Of a stretch of 64,000 nt of DNA, positions 21,101 to 30,602 are shown piece after piece. Source of the stretch: Candidatus Poribacteria bacterium (lineage in GTDB: Bacteria > Poribacteria > WGA-4E > WGA-3G); contig OZ244048.1 of assembly GCA_965215265.1 (NCBI GenBank), forward strand, positions 4,192,001 to 4,256,000, written 5' to 3'. How positions within the stretch are numbered: position 1 is the first letter of the stretch; each line of letters begins with the position of its first letter. Under the pieces are notes generated by a model. The model was given only the letters and a program-made list of their open reading frames with translations, ran no database searches and was not told where the DNA came from. A program made the position numbers and the translations under genes.

Positions 21101-21181
21101 GTTAAACCTCATGAGTTAGCAGCATGGACCTCTGTTGCACGCGTGATATTGAACCTGCATGAGACAATTACACGGTATTGA
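18134..21181 (+). CDS. Planctomycete cytochrome c / DUF1549 / DUF1553 (PSD1) domain protein
   Basis: CYACH and CAQCHDHKFDP heme motifs, WLDLVRYAD, NPLTARAFVNRLW; the track start at 18008 lies inside the repeat, and ATG 18134 gives a signal peptide. Confidence 0.9.
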   Translation: MLAYNSVRGPLVLLFLLGIVAQSADAERIYFDRDIRPILADKCYACHGPDPAQRQAELRLDTKEEAFSAPSGYPIIVPGDIENSELVRRITHPDPAQRMPPQTSNRQPTQTQINTLIQWIKQGAEWEEHWVYKLPQHVEPPNLQNSEWGRNRIDEFILGRLEAEALKPSAEADKRTLIRRLYSDLTGLLPKPTEVDRFVKDEHPKAYEQLVNRLLSAPQYGERMATYWLDLVRYADTSGYHADENVSTWPYRDYVIRAFNENMPFDQFTLENLAGDLMPNPTLQQKVASGYNRLNQTTSEGGAQAKEYLAIYAADRVRTTASVWLGATLGCAQCHDHKFDPYTAKDFYSFAAFFADVEGPGVYGGRSKWLPIVMLPTPEQQAVIQEIDHELAKLRKVFEASSPALEAEQARWETQILSQLSSNEKADFAWVDDAQANGGRTEGKWNFVPQNEAPVFSKQFSRQQKASAEQTLQHSFRGANRTFTLAEGDRLFAYIWIDTENPPKTLMLQWNDGDWEHRAFWGEDKINFGEIGTDTPAHKPMGNLPTAGKWVRLEVAPADIGLEPGNVLNGMAFAQLGGTVYWDVAGIATTRGSAVKHTHTEKVIETIQVDAAVRTTRQRKQIADEYRRTTPALDGIRNQIADLEKRRTDTESQSPYSLTTVSVQPRTTRVLPRGNWMDDSGEIVEPTVPEFLGDLGIKNRRPTRLDLANWIVSKENPLTARAFVNRLWALFFGTGLSRVLDDLGAQGESPVHPELLDWLAVEFMENGWNVKHIVKLIVTSNTYRQSSKMTDELYERDAYNRLLARQSHWRLSAEFVRDNALLLSGLLVPRIGGPSVRPYQPKGYYANLNFPKRTYLHDKGESQYRRGLYTHWQRTFLHPSLMAFDAPSRQECTAERATSNTPMQALTLLNDPTYVEAARVFAARIIKEGGQTVPERINWAYQAALSRLPQPQEFEVITTLYEKHSSDYTSHQDAAKSFVATGESPATEGVKPHELAAWTSVARVILNLHETITRY

Positions 21182-21202
21182 TGATGAATAACATGAAATC
21201 TA

Positions 21203-21604
21203 TTTGTCTACTGCAGCACAATACCAATTGCTGCAATGTAAACCTTAGCACAAATCTCGTTCTTTCGTCTACAGGCACCCCATAAAGGCTGCTGCGATTT
21301 ACAAACCTTTACAAATCTCGCCAGAGCCGCTTTATGCTATGCCTAAGGAATCTCCGACGAGATTTACACAAGAGCAGCGTTGTAAAATCATAACCTTTGA
21401 TGGTACGGAGATAGACAAAAAACGAGATTTACACACGAGTTATTATTACATACGCGGTGATAGTACGGAGATATACGAAAAAACGAGATTTACACACGAG
21501 TTATTATTACATACGCGGTGATAGTACGGAGATAGACAAAAAAACGAGATTTACATCGGAGTTGACACAACATAACCTTTGATGGTACGAAGATAGACAA
21601 AAAA
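21203..21604 (+). repeat. Palindromic repeat element: 2 left arms, core, 4 right arms
   Basis: Tandem ACGAGATTTACA...GTACG[G/A]AGATA[T/G]AC[G/A]AAA units of about 61 bp. Confidence 0.9.
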
Positions 21605-21723
21605 GCGGATAAAATCGGCCCAAGACTCTCTCGTGGGGTTTCTTCTCGGTTTCGCTCCATTTTTTGGGTTGACTTGGTTTGTTTACTGCGTCGCTTACTT
21701 TGTCGTAATAGGAGGAATCAGAT

Positions 21724-23163
21724 ATGCCTACCAATATTCACGAAGAAACCAATCTCTGTCTAACGAGGCGGACGTTTTTAGGGAAAACGGTGCGAAGTGT
21801 CGGCTCACTGGCATTAGGCTCCTTGCTTATGCCATCGCTACTCAATGCCGTCCCACAGATTGAACGATGGCCAGGAATCATTACTGAACCCCACGTAACA
21901 CCGAAGGCGAAACGCGTGATTCATCTCTGCATGGCAGGAGGGCCATCGCACTTGGAAACCTTGGATTACAAGCCGAAGTTGGCAGAGATGCACGGGAAGC
22001 CGATGCCAGAGTCGTTCACGAAAGGCCAACCGATCGCCCAACTCCAAGGACAGGCAAATTCCCTCAAATGCTTAGGCCCCACACATGAATTCAAAAAGTG
22101 GGGCGCATCCGGGCAAGAGATGAGCACAGCGTTTCCACACATTGGGGGACTCGCAGACGATATTTGCATTGTACGCTCGCTGCAAACTGAGCAGATTAAT
22201 CACGACCCGGCCCATACTTTTATGAATACAGGCACGGCAATCTCTGGCAGACCTAGCATGGGCTCTTGGTTGCTTTACGGACTGGGCAGCGAAAATGAGA
22301 ACCTGCCGGGCTATGTTGTACTGATATCCTCCGGCGGTGGACAAGATCAGCCGATTGCAACGCGACAGTGGCATAGCGGATTTCTACCCGGGCAGTTTCA
22401 AGGGGTGCAATTTCATTCCACCGGAGACCCAGTACATTATGTCACCAACCCTGATGGCGTGAACACAGAACAGCAGCGCGATGTTGTCGATGCTGTCCAA
22501 ACGTTGAATAGCATCTTTGATGAAACAGTAGACGATCCGGCAATCGCCACACGTATTAGTCAATATGAGATGGCATTCCGCATGCAGACAAGCGTGCCGG
22601 AGTTGACTGACATCTCCAAAGAACCGCAGCACGTTCTTGATATGTACGGGGCGACACCAGGCGACGGTTCTTACGCGTCCAACTGTCTGCTTGCACGCAG
22701 ACTTGCAGAACGCGGGGTCCGCTTTATTCAACTTTACCACCGCGGCTGGGACCATCACGGCGGTATTGAAAACGCTATCAAAACAACCGCAGGATACGTC
22801 GATAAGGCAACCGCCGCACTTCTCAACGAGCTAAAACAGCGCAGCATGTTGGACGAAACTTTGGTCATTTGGGGAGGCGAATTCGGAAGAACCCCAATGG
22901 CACAAGGCACCGGACGCGACCATCACATCCGTGGATTCTCTATGTGGATGGCCGGCGGAGGTACCAAGGGCGGTATCAGCTACGGCAATACCGACGAGTT
23001 AGGGTATAATGCCGTTGAAAACATTGTCCATGTTCACGACTTCCATGCCACAATGCTGCATCTCTTGGGTATCAACCATGAAAAACTGACCTATCGTTTC
23101 CAAGGACGAGATTTCCGTCTCACCGATGTCCATGGACATGTCGTACACGATATTTTGGCTTAA
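21724..23163 (+). CDS. DUF1501 domain protein (Tat-like signal)
   Basis: TRRTFL, GGPSHLETLDYKP, ARRLAERGVRF, GEFGRTP, GRDHH. Confidence 0.9.
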   Translation: MPTNIHEETNLCLTRRTFLGKTVRSVGSLALGSLLMPSLLNAVPQIERWPGIITEPHVTPKAKRVIHLCMAGGPSHLETLDYKPKLAEMHGKPMPESFTKGQPIAQLQGQANSLKCLGPTHEFKKWGASGQEMSTAFPHIGGLADDICIVRSLQTEQINHDPAHTFMNTGTAISGRPSMGSWLLYGLGSENENLPGYVVLISSGGGQDQPIATRQWHSGFLPGQFQGVQFHSTGDPVHYVTNPDGVNTEQQRDVVDAVQTLNSIFDETVDDPAIATRISQYEMAFRMQTSVPELTDISKEPQHVLDMYGATPGDGSYASNCLLARRLAERGVRFIQLYHRGWDHHGGIENAIKTTAGYVDKATAALLNELKQRSMLDETLVIWGGEFGRTPMAQGTGRDHHIRGFSMWMAGGGTKGGISYGNTDELGYNAVENIVHVHDFHATMLHLLGINHEKLTYRFQGRDFRLTDVHGHVVHDILA

Positions 23164-23344
23164 ATTAACAACAATTTAAATCGTACCTGATTTGAGCGGT
23201 TTTCCGATTCACCTGAGCCAATTGTCAGTAAATAGAGAAATCCGCTTTCATGCAGGGATCCGCGGGAGGTTGAGGAGCTGGTATTGCGAAAGTTGCAGGA
23301 AGAAGATGAGGTTTAGAGTCAATACATCAAACGGCTCCCAGTGG

Positions 23345-23470
23345 GTGGCAGGTAAAAGGTTATCTTGTCTCTCCTTTCAGGAGAGACAAAGAATACCTAT
23401 CCTGCCACTGACGAGATTTACCTATAAGACACCGTGACATCAGTGATGATGGTACGGAGATATACAAAAA
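23345..23470 (+). repeat. Hairpin cassette plus right arm of the repeat family
   Basis: GTGGCAGG...CCTGCCAC hairpin followed by ACGAGATTTAC...GATGGTACGGAGATATACAAAA. Confidence 0.75.
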
Positions 23471-23491
23471 ATGCAAGGAGGTTAAGGTAAC

Positions 23492-24214
23492 ATGCGTTAC
23501 GTAATCTATTTAATGTTGATTTTGTCTATTGGCACTGTCTCTGCCGAGATTCTGTTTCAAGATGATTTTGAGAGTAATGAGATTGACGAGTCTAAATGGG
23601 AAGCACTAGCCACTTGGATAATTGAGGACAATGCCGATGAGCATGATGTACTAGGCGCGAAAGTCCTTGACGTATGGGGCGGCGGTGTCGGACTCAGCGT
23701 TGATGAATTCCCAGAAGAATTTGACTATTACGCCGATTTCAAAACTATGGATGCCGGGCTCACCGGCTTTGTCTTTCATGGCGAAGACGGCGATAATATT
23801 TACATGCACCAGGTCTCAACGGCAGGCTCTGGTCATACACCTCAACATATCCGATGGCACAGAAGAGTGGGCGGCTCCTGGGCAGCAGAACCGGGCGCGT
23901 TTACCGATGGCGTAGACCGGGAGCAGGATGTCTGGTATCGGATTAAGTTTGAGGTTCGCACCGGCCACAATTTTAAGGCGTATATCGGTACCGTCGGGGC
24001 AAGCGTTGGCGAGCTCAGCCTCGTTAGCGAATGGACCGATTCGGAAAGTGCACATACAGACGGAAAAATAGGGTTCCGGATGAGCGGCGGCGATCGGGCC
24101 GGTGAACACGCGCAATACGATAACGTCCTGGTTGTAACCCCGAATTTTGACATCACGCCCGTTGAACCAAAGGAGAAACTCGCAGTGATGTGGGGCACCC
24201 TGAAATCCAAATGA
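23492..24214 (+). CDS. Secreted beta-sandwich (ConA/DUF1080-like) protein with C-terminal TWG-like motif
   Basis: Signal peptide, FQDDFE, GKIGFR, YDNVLV, ends VEPKEKLAVMWGTLK. Confidence 0.65.
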   Translation: MRYVIYLMLILSIGTVSAEILFQDDFESNEIDESKWEALATWIIEDNADEHDVLGAKVLDVWGGGVGLSVDEFPEEFDYYADFKTMDAGLTGFVFHGEDGDNIYMHQVSTAGSGHTPQHIRWHRRVGGSWAAEPGAFTDGVDREQDVWYRIKFEVRTGHNFKAYIGTVGASVGELSLVSEWTDSESAHTDGKIGFRMSGGDRAGEHAQYDNVLVVTPNFDITPVEPKEKLAVMWGTLKSK

Positions 24215-25218
24215 AACCCCAGCACCCTTTAGCTATAGGCATCATCGGAGCAGGTGCGATGGGTAACTCCCATCACGCAGCGATTGTCGACTACGGTGCA
24301 ACCGTTGTCGCAGTTCACGATATCGTACCTGAAGCAGTACAACAATTGGCAACAGTTGCGGGTGCTGAAATTGCCACGGACGACTTAGATGCCTTTTTTG
24401 AAGTGGAGTTGGATGGCGTAGTTATTACCACGCCACCGCCCGTTCGATTCGAACCCATCCGATTGGCTTGTGAACGCGGCATCCCCCTCATGGTTGAAAA
24501 ACCACCGGCACTGAATATGAAAGACGGGCGGCGATGCCTCGCATCCATTCAGAAGACGAATCTACTCACAGCAGTCGGTTTCCAACTCCGCTATCATCCA
24601 CTCTATGAACAACTTAAAGACTTAATTGCTGCAGAAACTGTTCACTTAGTACGGACAGTATGCACAGTTGATTACTACCATAGCTTCCGCATGTCTCCGT
24701 GGTTCCTACAGTCGGAAATTAGCGGAGGCCCTTTGCCCGAACAAGCAATTCATGTACTAGACTGTGCACGGTTCATCATGGGAAACCCCAAACCCATTCA
24801 GGCACACGCCTTAGCCACCAAGAATATGGCGTTGGAACGGACCGAATTTGATGCCGAAAATGCCATCCAGATGACTTACGAATTAGACAACGGCGTTTTT
24901 GGAACACACATGAACCATTGCGGCACAGAACGCTTTAGTTTTGATATTGAAATTGTCGGACCGCATCTGCGATTACAAGCAAATATGACCAGCAATCGTA
25001 TTGTCGGATATCTCAACGGACAAGAGCTCAATAAACCTGCCCCGACTCAAAACAGTGTAGGCTTGGATAAAACAGGCACGTGGTTACGTGCGATTGAGAC
25101 CGGAGACCGCTCGCTCATCCGATCTGATTTCACCGATGCGCTTCACACATTAGCACTCATCGACGCAGCCGTCAAAAGCCGCGGCACCGGAAAATTTATT
25201 CACGTGGAGGAACTGTAA
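24211..25218 (+). CDS. Gfo/Idh/MocA family oxidoreductase
   Basis: IIGAGAMG, VEKPPA, GFQLRY, EQAIHVLD; ATGA overlap with the upstream stop. Confidence 0.9.
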   Translation: MKPQHPLAIGIIGAGAMGNSHHAAIVDYGATVVAVHDIVPEAVQQLATVAGAEIATDDLDAFFEVELDGVVITTPPPVRFEPIRLACERGIPLMVEKPPALNMKDGRRCLASIQKTNLLTAVGFQLRYHPLYEQLKDLIAAETVHLVRTVCTVDYYHSFRMSPWFLQSEISGGPLPEQAIHVLDCARFIMGNPKPIQAHALATKNMALERTEFDAENAIQMTYELDNGVFGTHMNHCGTERFSFDIEIVGPHLRLQANMTSNRIVGYLNGQELNKPAPTQNSVGLDKTGTWLRAIETGDRSLIRSDFTDALHTLALIDAAVKSRGTGKFIHVEEL

Positions 25219-25562
25219 TGGCACGGATTAATTGGATGTATTTTCGGAACAACTGAACTTCTTGCCGAAAAGCGCAGGAGGTTCTTGACGCAAACAACTT
25301 TAAAGTGGAAACACGGACAAATGCCCGGAAGGAAAAACTGGATGCAACGGCTACGTGGGAATTACTCCACAATGCCACGGAAATTACTGTCGCCAAAGGT
25401 AAGCGGATTGAAACGTTTATCCCAACACCGGATTCACAAGAAGCAATCCTGAAAGCGGTTATGGGACGCAGCGGTAACTTGCGCGCCCCAACGGTGCAAA
25501 TAGCCAATGCCTTTTTTGTCGGTTTCAACGAAGCACTCTATACAGAAGCAACACTGCTTTAA
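25218..25562 (+). CDS. ArsC-like (thioredoxin-fold) selenoprotein, UxxC, Sec at codon 13
   Basis: ATG 25218 overlaps the upstream TAA; reads MARINWMYFRNN-TGA-TSCRKAQ in frame with ORF 25305..25562 (GRSGNLRAPT...VGFN); hairpin directly after the TGA. Confidence 0.85.
25255..25284 (+). promoter_or_regulatory. Bacterial SECIS-like hairpin
   Basis: GAACTTCTTGC pairs with GCAGGAGGTTC (11 bp including G-U pairs), loop CGAAAAGC, at the in-frame TGA 25254-25256. Confidence 0.65.
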
Positions 25563-25635
25563 TCTCACTTTGCTCGAGCCGGAATAACCAAGGCAATATC
25601 AGAAAATTCGATTCTAGGCAGAAGGAAAGCAACTT

Positions 25636-26424
25636 ATGGCAATAAATAAAATTCTGATTACCGGGGCGTGTGGATATCTGGCACGGTTTATCGTAGAACG
25701 GTTGCAAAGTCCATATCAGTTAACATTAGCAGACATAGTCGAACCGCCTCAGCAGTTTAGCAATACCCGTTTTATCAAAACCGATGTTACGAAAGCCGCT
25801 GAAATTGAAGAGGCGTGCATCGATCAAGATGCTGTTATCCACCTCGTTGCACTGGTGCGAGAACGGCACGGCAAACCCGCATCGCTATTTGCAGATGTCA
25901 TGGTTAAAGGCACTTGGAATGTTGCTGAAGCGTGTATCAAACGTGGCGTGCAAAAACTGATTAATATCTCTAGTATTTCGGCATGCCATCCTATCCCTGG
26001 CGGAAAATTGCCGTATCAAGTTGGCGATGAATTCCATTTTGGCATCGGGGATTTATACTATTCACTCGCGAAACACCTCGGCGAACAGATCGGCTTGGCG
26101 TACCATCAAGCACACGGATTGAACGTTATTCACATCCGTCCCGGTGTCATCGCAGGGGATGGACACAACCCCGGTCCTTCGCCACCTGATATTGTAACGG
26201 AACCGTGGTTTGTTTACGTGCATCCTAGGGATATCGCGCAGTGCGTAGCGTGTGCAATTGAAACCGAAACGGTGAGATATGGCACTTATAACGCTGTTGC
26301 AGGGCGCACAGACTCGCGCTTTGATTGGAAACAGGCAAATCAGGAACTCGGATATTCTCCACAACACAATTGGCCAGAAATCCCTGACAAAGACAAGCAT
26401 TCGTCTACTGCAGCACAACAATGA
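25636..26424 (+). CDS. NAD-dependent epimerase/dehydratase
   Basis: ITGACGYLA, YSLAK (YxxxK). Confidence 0.85.
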   Translation: MAINKILITGACGYLARFIVERLQSPYQLTLADIVEPPQQFSNTRFIKTDVTKAAEIEEACIDQDAVIHLVALVRERHGKPASLFADVMVKGTWNVAEACIKRGVQKLINISSISACHPIPGGKLPYQVGDEFHFGIGDLYYSLAKHLGEQIGLAYHQAHGLNVIHIRPGVIAGDGHNPGPSPPDIVTEPWFVYVHPRDIAQCVACAIETETVRYGTYNAVAGRTDSRFDWKQANQELGYSPQHNWPEIPDKDKHSSTAAQQ

Positions 26425-26570
26425 TTGCTGTTCCACAACATACGCCTTTATCGTGCTACCGTATACTAATATTTATTTGTGCAGGCTTCCTTGCTTTTAG
26501 CAAGCAACTCCTTTTGTTAAACAAGCAAAAGCATTGAAATTTTCGGCAATGCAGACTAAAAATCCCCCCC

Positions 26571-26817
26571 GATACAAGGCTGCTGCTCTTTCGTCTACAG
26601 ATGCCCCATAAAGGCGGCTGCTATGTTAATAACTTTACAAATCTCGCCAGAGCCGTTTATGTCTACGATTTTAAAGACATTACCTAGTTAACCTCCGACG
26701 AGATTTACATCGGATTTAACAATACATAACCCTTGATGGGGCTGAAATATACAAAAAAACGAGATTTATACAGTACTGAATACAACATAAACCTTTACGG
26801 TACGGAGATAGACAAAG
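26571..26817 (+). repeat. Palindromic repeat element
   Basis: TTTCGTCTACAG left arm, ACAAATCTCGCCAGAG...CTCCGACGAGATTT core, two right arms. Confidence 0.85.
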
Positions 26818-26828
26818 AGGCAATTTAG

Positions 26829-27848
26829 ATGACAAACCTAAAAAAAGAGCATAAACGCACCATTGGACGTTACTATACCCGCGGAAATCCGTTTCAATTA
26901 GAGCCTTTCCGTGCATGGGCAGCGGAACTTAACTTAGCACAACGTACCGTTTTAGAACCGTTTGCCGGTGAAAACAGCATCCCACAGTTAATGAATCAAG
27001 CACAGTTTCAGTGTCGAGAATGGGCACTTTTTGACGTAGAACCGGGGACAAAGAGGGTTCAGCAACGCGACACACTCGCCGACTTCCCAAAAGGATTTGA
27101 CATCTGTATCACGAATCCACCTTGGCTCGCACGTAACTCAGCAACGCGCCGAGGCCTGTCTTTTCCAAAGGCTACCCACTACGACGATCTCTACAAATAC
27201 GCCCTAGAGCAGTGTTTAGCACATTGTGACTGGATAGCTGTGATCATCCCAGAGGCATTCATCCGGAGTGGACTATTTCTTCACCGTTTACGTGATTTCA
27301 TCTCCTTGGTTCCGTTATCACCTAATAGCGAGTTTATGTTTGAAGAGACAGAACATCCAGTCGGACTTGCACTGTTCGCCCCTTACAGAACATCCGATGT
27401 CAGAGTGTGGCGCAACAATCAGTTCCTTGGCAGCCTTCAGGAACTCCGTGTACATCTCCCTATGCCCTCTGCCAATCGTTCCATCCGATTCAATGAACCA
27501 AGTGGAAATCTCGGACTCATCGCAATTGATAACACCTTTTCCGCCTCCATCCGTTTCTGTATTCCCGCAGAGTTAGGGGGGTACCCTATCCGTTATCAGG
27601 GGCGTTTAATTACAAAGATTGACGCACCATGGCGGATAGATGTGGACCAGCTCAATGCAGACTTGGCGACAATTCGGGAGAAAACCCATGATGTCTTCCT
27701 AACCGCTTTCAAAGGGGTACGCCGTGATGGGCAGTACCGGCGACGGTTGGATTGGGCATTGGCACGGGCTATCGTGGATAGAGCGCAGCCACAACTGAAA
27801 CTGCAGCACAGTACCCCTAGAGAACAGCAAAATTCTCTGGATTTATAA
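26829..27848 (+). CDS. Putative orphan N6-adenine/N4-cytosine DNA methyltransferase-like protein
   Basis: GRYYT, LEPFAG (motif I), ITNPPW (motif IV), DLYKYAL. Confidence 0.65.
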   Translation: MTNLKKEHKRTIGRYYTRGNPFQLEPFRAWAAELNLAQRTVLEPFAGENSIPQLMNQAQFQCREWALFDVEPGTKRVQQRDTLADFPKGFDICITNPPWLARNSATRRGLSFPKATHYDDLYKYALEQCLAHCDWIAVIIPEAFIRSGLFLHRLRDFISLVPLSPNSEFMFEETEHPVGLALFAPYRTSDVRVWRNNQFLGSLQELRVHLPMPSANRSIRFNEPSGNLGLIAIDNTFSASIRFCIPAELGGYPIRYQGRLITKIDAPWRIDVDQLNADLATIREKTHDVFLTAFKGVRRDGQYRRRLDWALARAIVDRAQPQLKLQHSTPREQQNSLDL

Positions 27849-28142
27849 AGAAACTACGGATATAATAAGTCAACATAGTTTCAAAACAAAAAGATAAAAC
27901 GTGTTAAAACACTTAACCTGCCTTATCCTCTCCATCGCAGTATTCACCGTATCAGGGTGCATTCCTGGTGACGGAAAACATAAGTCATAATGTCTTTATA
28001 GATTTTTATTAACCTAGATGGAATTATTAGCACGTAGAAATAAATTGGTACCAACTCACGCATGTGATAGAATTAACGTAGGTAAAGATTAGCTCGTCAA
28101 GAAAATAGAACTCTACCTTGCTATATTCCGCATATTTTTAAT

Positions 28143-28171
28143 TTGACAAACACTTCTTTTTGAGATATAAT
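28143..28171 (+). promoter_or_regulatory. Consensus sigma70 promoter upstream of the LRR gene leader
   Basis: TTGACA-17 nt-TATAAT. Confidence 0.75.
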
Positions 28172-28448
28172 TAAATTAAAGAACCCTTTGCAGGGTTAGA
28201 AGAGAGCAAAAGTGTTCTTTAAAAGTGAAAGAATGAGTTGACGTGCCCGTTGAGAGTTTGTGAATGCACTTCATTTTTTGGAAAGGGATTCACAAACACG
28301 ATTTCATTTCCTTGAACACCTGTGTGCACGTCTGACGAATTGGCAAAAAAGGTTGAAAACGTAGTCTGTTCGGAAACTTAGTCCGAACTATAAAGTCAAG
28401 TAAAGTTTATTCCGTAACGGGATAAAGAATAACAAGGAGTTAGATAAG

Positions 28449-30228
28449 ATGAAGAGAAGAATGCACCCCCCCCCTATGTATGTTAAGTGTTTTGGTTCTA
28501 TTCTTAATCGCTGGGCTCTGCATGCCGTCCCACGTACAGGCAGATGCAGCAGATCAGGATCGCCCGACAATAGCAGCAGATGGATATGAGATAGTTGAGA
28601 CCCGCACTAACCCCGCGGGGCATGCTCTTTATACGCATGTTCGCCAAGGGGCTTTTGAAGCTATGCCAGGTTGGGGGGATGTAAGGGCTACCCTAGACCG
28701 AGAGCGTTGGAGAGTCGATGCGAAAAGAAGGGAGGCACAGGCCACATTGGCAGGGCTTGTAAATGCGGAGACCGGTTATACTACTGCTAACGAGGTAGCT
28801 TGGGATGACGCTAGAATGGCTCGACAGTACGGGCCAGGTGATACGATTAAAATTCGCGTGAAGTTCACCAGGCCGGTGATAATCCATCAGGATACGAAAT
28901 TAATCATATGGCTGGGCCGTAATGTACCCATGGACATAGACACAGCGGTGCATGATGAAGCCAAAGTCGCTCTCAATCCTGATACTGACAATCTGGGAGA
29001 TGTATTTATAAAGAGCGTCGATGAAAGTGGTAATATTAGCAATACATCCGCGAATAACGTTTATGTCACCTTTGAATACACGGTACAAGAGGGTGACATC
29101 AGGGTACAAGGTATAGAGATGTTTGCCTGGGATGCGCCCTTTTATCGCGACGCCAATAGGGATGGTACGTTCCACAAGGACGATGAGAGGCAGGGTGAGG
29201 GTTTCAAATTGATTTATTCGGCAGCAGATAACACCCATCTCTATGTGCGTTTGGGAGTGCCCCACGTAAGGGGCACACAAGATGGCAATAATCCCTTTCC
29301 GGGTACCGCCCCCGGAGGAGACTATTTCGGTGCTTTCGTGTGGCCTATCCTTCCTGAGGTTTCTGGTGGATTTACCTACCTTGGTCAATCGCTTGCGAAT
29401 GGACGCCTTGATCCAGATGAGACGGATCCTAATCTTTATGCGGTAGATACGTTTCGAGCCGAGACAGTCGTCACCCACATCGTTGACGGCATCGGTGCCA
29501 GACGCTCACCGCTCAAAAACACAGATCATCCAACAATTGGCGATGCCGTAGCGGAGCAAACCGGTGCGTTTGATATAGAAATCAAGTTCACTAATTCTGG
29601 TGAGGGCGCGGAACAACCGAACAGCGATACCTTTGGTGCGGCTAAGATTCTGCTCGCTGGTGAAGACGTGGAGCGCGCTGATTGGACGATCTCCGATGCG
29701 GCATTTTATGGCTTGGATGCGGTTGCCACCGAGGGGGATCCTTTTGCCGGTGAGATAAAACACAGTGCGGCCTATACAGTCTATCGTGCGACGATTACCC
29801 CGCCTGCTAATTTTGATGGGAATGTAGTGATATCGATTGCTGAAGGCGCTATTACAGATCTTGCCGGTAACACGAGCAAGGCCTCCGATGTCGAGTCCGT
29901 CCTTGGGAGTACGCTGACGGTGCCTGTAAATACAGTCGTCGAGGTGAACATTCCGGATGAGACGCTCCGTGCGAAAATAGAGGAGACACTCAACATCTCC
30001 GCGGGGACGGCTGTGACCTCGGTAGATATGCTAGGCTTGACAAGCCTCGATTTAAGTGGCTCAGCCGTTAGGGATCTGACAGGACTTGAATACGCCACCA
30101 ACTTGGAAGAGCTGGATCTTGGGGGTACGCAAGTAGAGGATGTCTCGCCTCTGTCAAACCTCACCAACTTGAGAGTGCTGGATCTCAGTGATACACAAGT
30201 GTCGGATATCTCGCCGCTGGCAAATTAA
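28449..30228 (+). CDS. Secreted Ig-like + internalin-type LRR surface protein; frameshifted at the C9 tract 28466-28474
   Basis: AAGGAG RBS plus ATG 28449 (MKRRMHPP); main frame from 28480 has a hydrophobic signal core, Ig-like GAITDLAGN, LRR cap IPDETLRAKIEE and LRRs LTNLRVLDLSDTQVSDISPL. Confidence 0.75.
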
Positions 30229-30423
30229 CATGGAGGTAAAGTCGTGTTAGAATCAGGCGTTTCGGACACCGGTCGCACCTCTGGCCACTTCACTTCCCTG
30301 ATGCACGTGTCATCAACCTGCGGTGCGAGAGTGCTTATCGCGATAAACTGGACTGGGAACGGCGTTCGCCAGTGCAAGCCATCACCGCAGTGAGCTCTAA
30401 GTTAAACTAAACTAAACTAAACT

Positions 30424-30468
30424 AACCAGGGGCAGCCACCCTCACAAGTGGCTGCCCCTGGTTTTTTT
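30424..30468 (+). terminator. Rho-independent terminator
   Basis: 16-bp perfect stem AACCAGGGGCAGCCAC/GTGGCTGCCCCTGGTT plus T-tract; preceded by (TAAAC)4. Confidence 0.9.
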
Positions 30469-30602
30469 GCTTTGGATAGATGGCTCTGCTTTTGTGCCGG
30501 AAAATCCGATGCCCTGGTGCGAGTCAAAACAGGTTCGATTGTTGACAAAAAAGCATCGATGCGGCTATACTATGAAGTAAAGAGACTCAGGAGGGGTGAG
30601 TT

